DNA of 64,000 nucleotides from Nitrosarchaeum sp. (lineage in GTDB: Archaea > Thermoproteota > Nitrososphaeria > Nitrososphaerales > Nitrosopumilaceae): contig OZ245020.1 in the NCBI GenBank assembly GCA_965223865.1, positions 416,001 through 480,000 on the forward strand, in the 5' to 3' direction. The notes beneath the pieces are model-generated. The model was given only the letters and a program-made list of their open reading frames with translations, ran no database searches and had not been told where the DNA came from. Each line of letters begins with the position of its first letter. The stretch's first letter is position 1. Positions 9,247 through 19,375 of this stretch are shown piece by piece. Both the position numbers and the translations under genes were made by a program.

Positions 9247-10401
9247 ATGGTAGAAAATAATTATGACATTTTAGGCATTACTGAGGGTTCAACAGAAAGG
9301 GAAATTCGTGATGCATTTAGACGACTAGCACTTCAATTTCACTCTGATCGAGGTGGAGAAAATGAACAATTTATAAAAATTAAACAAGCTTACGAAGATC
9401 TTAAAATTGGAAAAAAATATCCAGAAACTGATCTAGAAAAACTACAAAATGCTAGAGTATATTCAGGTGAATCTGAAGAAAATGTAAGAAGAAAAAACCA
9501 AATTCTTGGTCAACAGTTATCTAAAGAAATGCAAACTGCTGAGGAATGGTCCGCAGCTCTTAACAGATCTAATTCTACTGCTTCTAGATTATTTGGTTCA
9601 AAAACTCTTGGTGAAATTGAACTAGAAAGAAAAGCCAATGGCGCACTCTCCATTAAGGGAAATTTTATGGCTGGTAGTTTGAAATATGATGGACCAATAA
9701 TTATGCAGGGAAATATTACAAGTCCATCATGGACTGAAGAATTTAGAACACTAATTCATTTAACCAAAGGAGATTTCAAATTTCTTAATCCTCTTGAAAA
9801 TAAATACCGAATTGAAAATGGAGCACAAATTATTGTTGATAATGGCAATGTAGTTGTTGGAAACATTTTTGGAAGAAAATTCAAAGTCTCAGATTCTGAA
9901 GGAAGAGTTGGAGTTTATCAAACTCAGGAACATCGAACACATATCAGTGCTCCAAAAGGAAAAATAATTGCTGAAAATGTCGTAAATACTGTTTCTCTTG
10001 ATGCTGATTGTATAATTGCTCTAAATTTAGAGGATGATGTAAAGATTAAGGGTCGTGAAATTCTGATTTATGGTGGCAAGATAACATATGACACAGTAAT
10101 TGAATTAAAGAAAGATGGTTTTATAAGATTTTTTGAAAATTTTTCAATTCAAGGTCTTAGTAATGATGCAAAAATTAAACTAGAAAATGGAAAAGAAATT
10201 CCACTAGTTGATATTAAGACTAAAAAAATTAGAGATTTGGCCGATGAATTTGTTCCTAACAAAGATGATTATAGAAAAGATGTAACTATGGTAGGTAATG
10301 GATTTACAATTACATATGAAATGCTAAATAATCTCTCAAAGAAACCATCAAAACCCCAAAAATCAGGATGGGCTTCAAAGTTTGGCTTTTCAAGAAAATA
10401 A
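9247..10401 (+). CDS. J-domain protein with beta-rich C-terminal region
   Basis: YDILG...IRDAFRRLALQFHSD...FIKIKQAYEDL. Confidence 0.85.
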   Translation: MVENNYDILGITEGSTEREIRDAFRRLALQFHSDRGGENEQFIKIKQAYEDLKIGKKYPETDLEKLQNARVYSGESEENVRRKNQILGQQLSKEMQTAEEWSAALNRSNSTASRLFGSKTLGEIELERKANGALSIKGNFMAGSLKYDGPIIMQGNITSPSWTEEFRTLIHLTKGDFKFLNPLENKYRIENGAQIIVDNGNVVVGNIFGRKFKVSDSEGRVGVYQTQEHRTHISAPKGKIIAENVVNTVSLDADCIIALNLEDDVKIKGREILIYGGKITYDTVIELKKDGFIRFFENFSIQGLSNDAKIKLENGKEIPLVDIKTKKIRDLADEFVPNKDDYRKDVTMVGNGFTITYEMLNNLSKKPSKPQKSGWASKFGFSRK

Positions 10402-10509
10402 TTTATTTGTTAATATTTCTCCCAAAATATTTTCTTTAAAATAACAAAAATTGTTTTTAAAATAAATAATCACCAAATTTACATATCAGTTTATCAAAAA
10501 AATAGTAAA

Positions 10510-11274
10510 TTGAATGTTATGATTTCATTAATTATTGGAGTTTTATCTTTCACATTACTGATAACTGTACCCTCTTTTGCAGTAGATAATTATGAGTTCA
10601 GAGGAAGTGGCATCTCTCTTGATTCAAATCTAGAAAATCCTCTCTTGTATAAAGCAAGCTTACGTTTGGAATTCACCAGTTTATCAGAAGTGGCAAAAGG
10701 TTCTATAATTCTCAAGTCTCAGGAAAATACTGTAGCAGCAAGAATGATTACAGAAGACTGGCATATTTCGTATAATGCTGATGGCTCTTTTATGGGTTCA
10801 GGTCCTGTTAGGACTTTACAAAATGCATACTATGATATGACAATTCAAGGAGAACGAAAGTATGTTGCAAATAATTGGTCAATGTGGGAAGCAGTTGGCG
10901 AATTAGAAGGAATAAATCAAGAAAAATATTCTTTAAGATTTATTGTTACAGGAGATGATAGATTTTCAACCACATCTCCTCCATTAGTTTCCACTATTGT
11001 TATCCCAACTGGAAATGCATTTGAACAAGAGTCCTCATCATACATTCCTGAAAAACCCACAGTGTTTAGAGGAACAATTGTTTCTTGGGTAAATCATGAT
11101 TCAGTAACTCACACTGTTCAAAGTCAAGATGGCCAAGGAAATGTTATTTCACTATTCAATAGTGATGTTCTGCAACCTGGAGATGAATTCAGCTATGATT
11201 TTGACGAGCCAGGCGTATATCATTATTTATGTACACTTCATCCATGGAGAACAGGCATAATTACGGTCATATGA
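10510..11274 (+). CDS. secreted protein with C-terminal plastocyanin-like blue-copper domain
   Basis: Signal peptide; WVNHDSVTHTV and YLCTLHPW motifs. Confidence 0.87.
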   Translation: MNVMISLIIGVLSFTLLITVPSFAVDNYEFRGSGISLDSNLENPLLYKASLRLEFTSLSEVAKGSIILKSQENTVAARMITEDWHISYNADGSFMGSGPVRTLQNAYYDMTIQGERKYVANNWSMWEAVGELEGINQEKYSLRFIVTGDDRFSTTSPPLVSTIVIPTGNAFEQESSSYIPEKPTVFRGTIVSWVNHDSVTHTVQSQDGQGNVISLFNSDVLQPGDEFSYDFDEPGVYHYLCTLHPWRTGIITVI

Positions 11275-11317
11275 TCCACGAAGAATTGATATTCATATAG
11301 AAATACTGAAGAATTGA

Positions 11318-13072
11318 ATGGCAATTTTATTTAGTCTAGACAAAAAACTCATTCTTCTTGTGATGTCAGTTTCTGTGATTGCCCTATCCATTACTGCATA
11401 TCTAAGTTTTAACTATGCTGATGAAATTCTCAAAGAACGACAAGGCGAGCAACTATTTGGTGAATCTAGAGTTCGAGGTGATACCCTTAGATTACTTTTT
11501 GAGTCTCGTATTGAACAGAATAAAATATTAGCAAACGATCCAATGATTAGAATTCTTGTCAATGAATTAAACCAAACTCCTAATGATGAATTAGAAAAAA
11601 TTAAAGAAGAAAAACGTAGAATTTTTCTTACTCAAATCCAGGCATTTCAAGAATTAATTGGATTTTCAATTGGTTTTGAGGATGTAAAAGTCATAGATTC
11701 AAAAGGAAATCTCCTCTTTACTCTAGGTAGAGTTACAAGTACCAATTTCTTTGATGATCCTTTATTCAAAAAAGGACTAACTAAATCATTTGTTGATTTT
11801 GAACCTACTCCAACTGGAAAAAAAATGATTGTAGTTTCTCCAATTTTTGTTCAGGATAATAAAAAAAGTGATGAACCAACTGGAGTAATTATTTCTAGAA
11901 TGAGAACAGCTGCAATAGACAGTGTTTTACTTAATAGAAGTGGTTTGGGTGACACAGGAGAAGTCTACATTGTAAATGATGGATCTCTGATGTTATCTGA
12001 ATCCAGATTTATTGAAGATGTTATTTTTAAACAAAAAGTCAATACAATTCCTGTTGAAAAATGCTTTAGAGAAGGAGAAGAGCATATAGGATTTTATCCG
12101 GATTATCGGGAAATCAAAGTTTATGGTTCTTCATATTGTGCTGAGGATTTAGGATTTGTATTGTTAGCTGAAATTGATGAGGCAGAAACTGTAGAGCCTA
12201 TTTTAATTCTTCAAGATAGAATATTTCAAACAGGTCTATTAATTACAACTGGAATGGCAATTATAGCATTTGTCTTATCAAGAACAATGTCAAAACCGTT
12301 GATCAAGCTAAAAAATGCTGCTAACAAAGTTGCATATGGAAATTTTGATGTTAGAACAAACATCAAAACTAGAGATGAAATTGGAGAGTTATCCTATGCA
12401 TTTGACTCAATGGCTCAGAAATTGCAGGATTCTTTAATTGAGATTAAAGAAAAGGAGGATGTCATAAAAAAGCAAGAAGACATTCTTTTACAATTCTCTG
12501 ATTATAGTGAAAACTATTGTGTGTGTATGGTAGATATTATGGATTCAACCAAGATAACTTCAAAATTGTCTGATACACAAACTAGTGAATTCTATAAAAT
12601 ATTCCTAAACTCTATTGCTATTATTGTTAGAAAATTTGATGGAATTGTAGTCAAAAATATTGGTGATGCATTACTATTCTACTTTCCAGTAATTCATTCT
12701 GAACAAAAATCCATATTAAAAAAGTGTCTTGATTGTTGCTTAACTATAGGAGAATCACATGATGATATTGTAGCACAACTAAAACAAGAAAGACTTCCTG
12801 TTTTTAATTATAGGATAAGCGCAACTTATGGTGTGGTAAGGATTGCAAAAACATCCACATCTTCTGTAAATGATATTTTTGGAACAACAGTCAACAGATG
12901 TGCAAAAATTAATCGTTCGGCACCTCCTAATGGCTTGATAATTGGACAAGATTTTTATAATAATGCCAAAAGCCTAGATAATTTTACTTTTGAAAAAATT
13001 GAAAGAGATGTAGTTTCCACAGAACATGGATTTGAAGGTTACATTGTCTCAAGAAAAAACACCAAAAAATAA
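11318..13072 (+). CDS. membrane sensor: Cache-like domain + HAMP + class III adenylyl/guanylyl cyclase
   Basis: 2 TM helices, HAMP (RDEIGELSYAFDSM), cyclase motifs VDIMDST, KNIGDALL, DIFGTTVN. Confidence 0.9.
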   Translation: MAILFSLDKKLILLVMSVSVIALSITAYLSFNYADEILKERQGEQLFGESRVRGDTLRLLFESRIEQNKILANDPMIRILVNELNQTPNDELEKIKEEKRRIFLTQIQAFQELIGFSIGFEDVKVIDSKGNLLFTLGRVTSTNFFDDPLFKKGLTKSFVDFEPTPTGKKMIVVSPIFVQDNKKSDEPTGVIISRMRTAAIDSVLLNRSGLGDTGEVYIVNDGSLMLSESRFIEDVIFKQKVNTIPVEKCFREGEEHIGFYPDYREIKVYGSSYCAEDLGFVLLAEIDEAETVEPILILQDRIFQTGLLITTGMAIIAFVLSRTMSKPLIKLKNAANKVAYGNFDVRTNIKTRDEIGELSYAFDSMAQKLQDSLIEIKEKEDVIKKQEDILLQFSDYSENYCVCMVDIMDSTKITSKLSDTQTSEFYKIFLNSIAIIVRKFDGIVVKNIGDALLFYFPVIHSEQKSILKKCLDCCLTIGESHDDIVAQLKQERLPVFNYRISATYGVVRIAKTSTSSVNDIFGTTVNRCAKINRSAPPNGLIIGQDFYNNAKSLDNFTFEKIERDVVSTEHGFEGYIVSRKNTKK

Positions 13073-13085
13073 ATTCAATCTAAGG

Positions 13086-13412
13086 TTAAATTAATTCTGT
13101 AGATTTTTCCTTTGTAGAAATATCATATGATTCTTCAATATTACTAACAAAGACTTTTCCATCGCCTTTTTCTCCTGTATGAGCTATATCTATTATTGCT
13201 GAAACTACAGATTGTACCATTGCATCTTGAACGACAGTAACAATAACATCTGTTGAATTAAATTCAATTTGATGACCTCCAATTACTGGTCGTTCACCTG
13301 AACCTTGTCCTAAAGACTGAATGAGAGTTACTCCTCCAACACCTGTTTTAGAAATGGCATCTACAACTTTCTTTGACATTTCACTTTGAACAATAGCCTC
13401 AATTCGCTTCAT
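13086..13412 (-). CDS. PII-family signal transduction protein (divergent)
   Basis: MKRIEAI, GQG, TGEKGDGKVFV signature. Confidence 0.9.
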   Translation of the reverse strand: MKRIEAIVQSEMSKKVVDAISKTGVGGVTLIQSLGQGSGERPVIGGHQIEFNSTDVIVTVVQDAMVQSVVSAIIDIAHTGEKGDGKVFVSNIEESYDISTKEKSTELI

Positions 13413-13495
13413 GCTAAGATTTTAAATTTAAACGATTTAAAAATATGCTTTCTATTATCACTGCTTTTTATTGATATCAAAATTGAAAATCAAGA

Positions 13496-14539
13496 TTGGA
13501 AATTGTACCAAATTTATATCAAAACCAATTCAGCAGAAATAATAGAGTGAATTATCTTTTCGTGATTTCAATTATCGGATTATTTTGTTCTATGTCCTCT
13601 GCTTTTGCTGAAGAATATGTGATTGATATTCCATTTGGCGCTTATAATCCAGAATTAAATACTCCTGCAGAAGTCTGGTATGATCCTCCTCAGATTTTCA
13701 TTACAATTGGTGATACAATTACTTGGTATAATGATGACAGAGAAGGTCACACAGTTACTAGTGGAGAAGGATCAGGAAGGTTTGGTTGGATGGATAATAA
13801 TTTTGGAACAACTGATGGACTTTTTGATAGTAATAGATTCATGCCTGGTGAATCCTGGTCATACAAATTTGAGGAATCTGGTACATTCTCATATTTTTGT
13901 ACGATTCATCCATGGATGGAAGGAGTTGTAATAGTTGAACAAAAAATCCCTGATTACCCACACGATGCTACAGGAAAAAAACTTGAATTTCCACTATTAA
14001 GCTATACTCCAGATAGAGACATTGAAGTTAATCTATCGTGGGATCCTCCTGTTATACGAACTCATGAAAAAATACAATTTGTATATCAATTTTATGATCC
14101 TCAAACAAATTCTAATCTTGCAAAAATGAAATATGATATCATAATCTTCCAAAATGGAAAAGAAGTTTTTCGTGATGAAGGACTAAACCAAATTGGCGGT
14201 GATTATAGAAATTTTGTCTTTAGCGATTCAGGTTCAATTATCATTAGAATAGAAGGAATTCATTCACCCTCAATTTTAGCAGAAGAAAGTGTTACTGTAG
14301 GAGGAGAGATTGAAAATAAAGCACAAAGGTCAGTAGATTTTACTGCCGTAGCATATGACAATCCAGAAAAAACTAGTCATGAAGTATATCATGTAAAACC
14401 AGCTCAGAGACTTGAAATTTACTATGAATTGATGTTACTTATCATTCTTGTTCCAGGTGCGTTATTTGCCATTGCATTACTTTGGTTAAAAAGAAAACCA
14501 GATACCCCACAAACCAAACCTGGTGCTGTTAAAATCTAA
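13496..14539 (+). CDS. membrane-anchored plastocyanin-like blue-copper protein
   Basis: WYNDDREGHTV and YFCTIHPWMEG (H-C-H-M ligands), C-terminal TM. Confidence 0.9.
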   Translation: MEIVPNLYQNQFSRNNRVNYLFVISIIGLFCSMSSAFAEEYVIDIPFGAYNPELNTPAEVWYDPPQIFITIGDTITWYNDDREGHTVTSGEGSGRFGWMDNNFGTTDGLFDSNRFMPGESWSYKFEESGTFSYFCTIHPWMEGVVIVEQKIPDYPHDATGKKLEFPLLSYTPDRDIEVNLSWDPPVIRTHEKIQFVYQFYDPQTNSNLAKMKYDIIIFQNGKEVFRDEGLNQIGGDYRNFVFSDSGSIIIRIEGIHSPSILAEESVTVGGEIENKAQRSVDFTAVAYDNPEKTSHEVYHVKPAQRLEIYYELMLLIILVPGALFAIALLWLKRKPDTPQTKPGAVKI

Positions 14540-14574
14540 AATAATAAAAAGAAATTAAAAATGATTGAACTTTT

Positions 14575-14874
14575 CTAATCGATTAGTTCAGTCCAACCTT
14601 TGACGAAGACTGAGTTCTTATAGAGTGGAACTGGTTGTCCTACAGTAAAGTCCATTGGTCTCATCCAAAAGATTGCTTTTGTTGGGCATACACCAATGCA
14701 TGCACCATCAGAAATACATCTTTCTGGGTAAAATACAAATGCTTTACCTCTCTTCCAGCCTTCAACTGGTTTTACTCTAAGTACATCGGGTCCTAATGTA
14801 GTACAGATTTCAACACATAGTGCACATCCAATACACATTTGTTCACCGATGTCTGGAATAATTCCTACTGGCAT
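14575..14874 (-). CDS. 2x[4Fe-4S]-type ferredoxin
   Basis: CIGCALCVEIC and CISDGACIGVCP. Confidence 0.93.
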   Translation of the reverse strand: MPVGIIPDIGEQMCIGCALCVEICTTLGPDVLRVKPVEGWKRGKAFVFYPERCISDGACIGVCPTKAIFWMRPMDFTVGQPVPLYKNSVFVKGWTELID

Positions 14875-14927
14875 AACGAAATAAACTCTGATTTTGATCT
14901 TAATATAACTTGCCCAAAAAATATGGA

Positions 14928-14963
14928 TTATAACGGCGTTTCAATTTCTAAACGGTGTTATAA
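14928..14963. promoter_or_regulatory. imperfect inverted repeat upstream of the ferredoxin promoter (candidate operator)
   Basis: TTATAACGGCGTTT-N8-AAACGGTGTTATAA, arms 12/14 complementary. Confidence 0.5.
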
Positions 14964-15003
14964 AATTTGATCGCATAATATCTGAACTTACTTTTGAACA
15001 AAT

Positions 15004-15594
15004 CTAAATTTTCTGAGAACTAGAATTTAATGATCGTAAAAACAAAGATTTTTCATCATTTTTTATTCGATACATTCCTAAATTTTTTGATTGAATAATA
15101 TGCCTTCCTCCTGGAGATAAAATCCATCCTTCGCCTTCCTTCTTTCTAGCCATAGCCGATATTACAATTATGGAATCTGTTTGTTTTGCTACTGATGTAA
15201 GCAACATTATTACAGCATTTATGAATATGCCTGATTCTATTTTGGTAAATAGATTGTAAAATCCATTCATTGAATCAAGAATTACCAAGAATCTCTTTTC
15301 AGAAATCTTTTTTACAATTGTAGAAAAAATTTTCTCTAGACTTTCTTTTTCAGGTTGATAAATCTCAACTCTGTCATTTTTTGATACCATTTTTGAAATA
15401 ATATATCCAGTATAAAGCAGATCAAAATCAAGAAAAATTACAGGATAATCTACTGAATCGATTAATTCGTTAAGTAACTGTGATTTCATAAACGGTTGAG
15501 AGCATAAAATTACATTTGGATTATTTTTTGAAAATTCATTTACTATTTCTTGTAAATTTTTATCTAAAGTCTGCTCAGGATTTTTATCCAACAA
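15004..15594 (-). CDS. hypothetical protein, degenerate RecA/KaiC-like fold
   Basis: IFLDFD and LVILDSMNG resemble RecA-fold strands; no intact Walker A. Confidence 0.6.
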   Translation of the reverse strand: MLDKNPEQTLDKNLQEIVNEFSKNNPNVILCSQPFMKSQLLNELIDSVDYPVIFLDFDLLYTGYIISKMVSKNDRVEIYQPEKESLEKIFSTIVKKISEKRFLVILDSMNGFYNLFTKIESGIFINAVIMLLTSVAKQTDSIIVISAMARKKEGEGWILSPGGRHIIQSKNLGMYRIKNDEKSLFLRSLNSSSQKI

Positions 15595-15620
15595 TCTTTT
15601 AGCATTTTACAGATATAATA

Positions 15621-16772
15621 ATGAACTTAGATTCTAGAGATATTTCTTCTGATTTTCCAAATTCAGGTAAAATCTATCTAAACAATGCCTCAGTTTCTTT
15701 AATGCCATTACAAAGTATCCAAGCAATGCAAGATTTTCTAATTGATTATAATTCAATAGGACCAGATTCAATTGATTCTGAATCGTTTGTTACTGAAAAA
15801 CTGCAAAATATTCGAAAAACTATTTCAAAAATAATTAATTGTCAACCTGAAGAAATAGTTCTTACACAAAGTACCACTGATGGAATTAATATTGTCGCAA
15901 ATGGAATTTCATTTAATGAAAACTCGAATTTAATAATTAGAGGATTATCTCATGAACACCACTCAAATTTTTATCCTTGGCTAAAACTTCAAAATAAGAT
16001 CCAAATCAAGAATTTATCCGTTGATAATAATGGTTTTTTTGATTTTGATGAATTTAAAAAATTTCTAGATGAAAATACAAGTTTAGTTGTTCTCAGCCAT
16101 GCATTGTATAACACAGGTTCAATATTACCTGTCGAAAAAATTGGAAAAATTATTCAAGATAAAACCCCATTCTTTCTTGATAGCGCTCAAACTATTGGAT
16201 GTATAGGAAATTTTGATGTAAAAAAAATCGGATGTGATTTTATGTCATTTAATGGCTCAAAATGGCTTTGTGGGCCTATGGGAACTGGTTTGTTTTACTG
16301 CCACAAAAAATCTAGTGAATTATTGGAACCAGTAACTATTGGTGGGGAATCTGCTATGTTATATGATGAAACAAAATTAGCATTCAAAGACATTCCAGAC
16401 AAATTTCAAACTGGATTTAGAAATTATGTTGGAATAGTAGGCTTAGAGTCTTCAGCTAACTATCTTCTTGAATTTGGAATGGAAAATATTAGAAAGAAAA
16501 ACCTACATTTATCTAAAATTCTTCGAGAAGAACTTTCTAAAATTAAAAACATTATTCTTTATGGTCCCAATGATCCTAATAAAAGAACCAGTATTGTATC
16601 CTTCAATATAGAAGGACATAAACCAGAATACGTTGTTGAAAAATTGGAAAAACAAAAAATTGTCCTTGCCATTAGAGAAATATTAGATACGAAGATTGTA
16701 CGAGCTTCTCCACATTTTTTTAACTCAGAATCAGAAATTCTTAGAGTAGTAGAAGCAATAAAAAACCTATAG
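15621..16772 (+). CDS. class V PLP-dependent enzyme (cysteine-desulfurase-like fold)
   Basis: IYLNNAS, EHHSN, LDSAQ, GSKWLCGP (PLP Lys), VRASPHFFN. Confidence 0.88.
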   Translation: MNLDSRDISSDFPNSGKIYLNNASVSLMPLQSIQAMQDFLIDYNSIGPDSIDSESFVTEKLQNIRKTISKIINCQPEEIVLTQSTTDGINIVANGISFNENSNLIIRGLSHEHHSNFYPWLKLQNKIQIKNLSVDNNGFFDFDEFKKFLDENTSLVVLSHALYNTGSILPVEKIGKIIQDKTPFFLDSAQTIGCIGNFDVKKIGCDFMSFNGSKWLCGPMGTGLFYCHKKSSELLEPVTIGGESAMLYDETKLAFKDIPDKFQTGFRNYVGIVGLESSANYLLEFGMENIRKKNLHLSKILREELSKIKNIILYGPNDPNKRTSIVSFNIEGHKPEYVVEKLEKQKIVLAIREILDTKIVRASPHFFNSESEILRVVEAIKNL

Positions 16773-17024
16773 ATTTTCTTGTTCTTCTATTACCATCATA
16801 GTAAGTGTTGATTGAACTTTACCAATTTTTCTAATTTTATTTGTAATTATTGCTCGTAATTTTTCAGCATCATCTGAGGAAAGTTTCAAAACAATATCAT
16901 AAACACCATACACGCCTTGTACTTCGTACTTTAGATCTTCATCTGAAAGAATTTTCTTTACTTCGTCAATAATGGATTCATCTGAACCTAGATCAGAATT
17001 TAATAAAACATATGCAGTAGGCAC
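16767..17024 (-). CDS. Lrp/AsnC ligand-binding-domain protein
   Basis: AYVLLN, VYGVYDIV, IRKIGKVQSTLT. Confidence 0.88.
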   Translation of the reverse strand: MPTAYVLLNSDLGSDESIIDEVKKILSDEDLKYEVQGVYGVYDIVLKLSSDDAEKLRAIITNKIRKIGKVQSTLTMMVIEEQENL

Positions 17025-17102
17025 ATTTCATTTTTTCATAAAACAGTATTTAACCTTTCACAGATCTCAAAAACTGATTAAACACCAAAACAATGAATTG
17101 GT

Positions 17103-17744
17103 GTGAAACCCATAGATCTTACATTAACAATATCTCAATCAATTCCAAATTTTCCAGGTTCGCCACAACCACAATTCATTTCTTGGTCAACAATAAAAGA
17201 AGACGGTTACAACCTTGAACTACTATTTTTGAGCTCTCATACAGGCACACATTTAGATGCTCCCTATCATTTTGTAAAAAATGGTGTAAAAATCCATCAA
17301 ATTCCTGTAAAGAGATTAATTGGTAATGCTATACTTGCAAAAATTCCCAAGGAAAAAAATAAAGCAATAACAAAAAGCGATATTATTTCCTTTGAAAAGA
17401 GAAATGGAAATATTTCAATTCATTCATCAATTGTGTTTTTTACAAATTGGCAAAAGAATTTGAATAAGGATTTTTATTTTCACAGCAATCCTGGTTTGGC
17501 TGAATCTGCAGCAAAATATTTAGCCTCAAAAAAGATCAATTTGGTTGGAATTGATTCTCCTAACATTGATTTAGGAGAAGACAAAAATTTTACAGCTCAC
17601 AAAATCCTTGCAAAAAATAATATCCTCATTGTTGAAAACCTTTCAAACCTAAATAAGATAAAAACCAAAGATTTTGAATTAATAATTTTGCCACTAAAGC
17701 TAAAGAATGCTACGGGTTCTCCAGTTAGAGCTATTGCAATTTAA
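17103..17744 (+). CDS. cyclase family / kynurenine formamidase-like metallohydrolase
   Basis: HTGTHLDAPYH, GIDS, IVENL, GSPVRAIA. Confidence 0.92.
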   Translation: MKPIDLTLTISQSIPNFPGSPQPQFISWSTIKEDGYNLELLFLSSHTGTHLDAPYHFVKNGVKIHQIPVKRLIGNAILAKIPKEKNKAITKSDIISFEKRNGNISIHSSIVFFTNWQKNLNKDFYFHSNPGLAESAAKYLASKKINLVGIDSPNIDLGEDKNFTAHKILAKNNILIVENLSNLNKIKTKDFELIILPLKLKNATGSPVRAIAI

Positions 17745-18799
17745 ATAGCAAAATGAAATCTATTTTTTTTGTAATTTTTTGACAACTTTCCAACAATTGG
17801 AATTTGATTGCCACATGACTTACATCTGTTTTTATCATCCAAATTCCATTCGTCAATATCAAAACCAAATCTCTTGATTGCTATATTATTACATTCGGGG
17901 CAATAGGTATGCTCTAATGGATGTCCAGGTACGTTTCCAAGATATGCGTACTTTAGGCCAACCTTTTTTGCAATCTCATGATGTTTTTCCAAAGTTTTAA
18001 CTGGAGTTGAATCAAACCCCATCATCTTATAATCTGGATGAAAACGTAAAAAGTGAATGGGTATTTCTGGTCCAAATTCATTGTAAATGAATGTACATAA
18101 TTTTTCTGCGTATTCTAAACTATCTCCTACTTCAGGAACAATCAAATCTGTTATTTCTACATGAATTTTTGTTTTATCACGAATTTCAATTAAAGTATCA
18201 AAAATGGGTTTAGGATCTGGAACACCAATATACTTTCTTGTGAAATTTGGTTCAGCATTTCCCTTGAAATCAACTGTAATAGAATCTAAAAATTCTCCCA
18301 TCATTTTTACAGAATCAGGGGTGTCATATCCATTTGAAACAAAAATATTGTAAAGATTTTTTGTGTGTGCAATAACTCCGCAATCCCTTGCAAATTCAAT
18401 GAAAATAGATGGTTCATTGTAAGTATATGCTATTCCATCCGCATTATTATCGAGAGTGGTTTGAACAACTTGTTCAGGCGTCATATCTTCTCCTTCTATC
18501 TTTCTTCGTTGACTGATATCATAATTTTGACAATATTTGCATAACCAATTACATCCAGTTGTAGCAATTGAAAATACTTTAGAACCAGGATAGTAGTGAG
18601 TTACTGGTTTTTTTTCAATAGGATCAACATGTCCTGCAATAACTTTGCCATAAACAAATAAGTCTAATTTTCCATTATTATTTCCACGAACACCACATAA
18701 TCCAACCTGTTCATCACTCATCTCACAATATCTTGCACAGGCAGTACATCGAACTTTGTTGTCAGGTAATTTCTCATAAAGAACTGCTTCCTTTCCCAT
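17741..18799 (-). CDS. amrS: AmmeMemoRadiSam system radical SAM enzyme
   Basis: DPIEKKP, GCNWLCKYCQN (CxxxCxxC), AYTYNEP, RFHPDYK, YLGNV. Confidence 0.9.
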   Translation of the reverse strand: MGKEAVLYEKLPDNKVRCTACARYCEMSDEQVGLCGVRGNNNGKLDLFVYGKVIAGHVDPIEKKPVTHYYPGSKVFSIATTGCNWLCKYCQNYDISQRRKIEGEDMTPEQVVQTTLDNNADGIAYTYNEPSIFIEFARDCGVIAHTKNLYNIFVSNGYDTPDSVKMMGEFLDSITVDFKGNAEPNFTRKYIGVPDPKPIFDTLIEIRDKTKIHVEITDLIVPEVGDSLEYAEKLCTFIYNEFGPEIPIHFLRFHPDYKMMGFDSTPVKTLEKHHEIAKKVGLKYAYLGNVPGHPLEHTYCPECNNIAIKRFGFDIDEWNLDDKNRCKSCGNQIPIVGKLSKNYKKNRFHFAI

Positions 18800-18880
18800 T
18801 CGATTATCATACCTATTTTATCCATATAAGGTGCAGCTACTTTTCGCAATCCTAAAAGTATAGAAACTTCAAGATAAAAC

Positions 18881-19375
18881 ATGAGCAGACCTGGAAATCT
18901 ATGGAGAAAGGTACATGGAAAAATTACTAAAAAACCAACAAATTTCTCTTGGTTAATTGAAGAAAAACTTGCCGGTTCAGGAATGCCCACTAGCTTTGAT
19001 GAATTTGAATGGATTCTAAATCAAGGTGTAAAATCAATTGTAACAATGACAGAAAATGCATTGCCAGAAAATTGGGTAAAAGATATTGGATATATACACG
19101 TGCCTACACCAGATCTAACTGCACCTGATATGGATAGAATTGATATTGCTGTTGATTTTATACATGAAAAAATTTCTGGCAATCAAGCTGTAATGGTACA
19201 TTGTGCTGCTGGGATGGGGAGAGCAGGAACTATTTTGGCATGTTATTTGGTAAAATACCAAAAATATTCTGCAAAAAAAGCGATAACAAAAGTAAGAAAT
19301 GAACGACCTGGTTCCATCCAGTCTGAAGTTCAAGAATTAGCTATTGGCTATTATGAAAAACATGTAGCAAGTTAA
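18881..19375 (+). CDS. dual-specificity protein phosphatase
   Basis: VHCAAGMGRAG (HCx5R), RPGSIQ. Confidence 0.94.
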   Translation: MSRPGNLWRKVHGKITKKPTNFSWLIEEKLAGSGMPTSFDEFEWILNQGVKSIVTMTENALPENWVKDIGYIHVPTPDLTAPDMDRIDIAVDFIHEKISGNQAVMVHCAAGMGRAGTILACYLVKYQKYSAKKAITKVRNERPGSIQSEVQELAIGYYEKHVAS

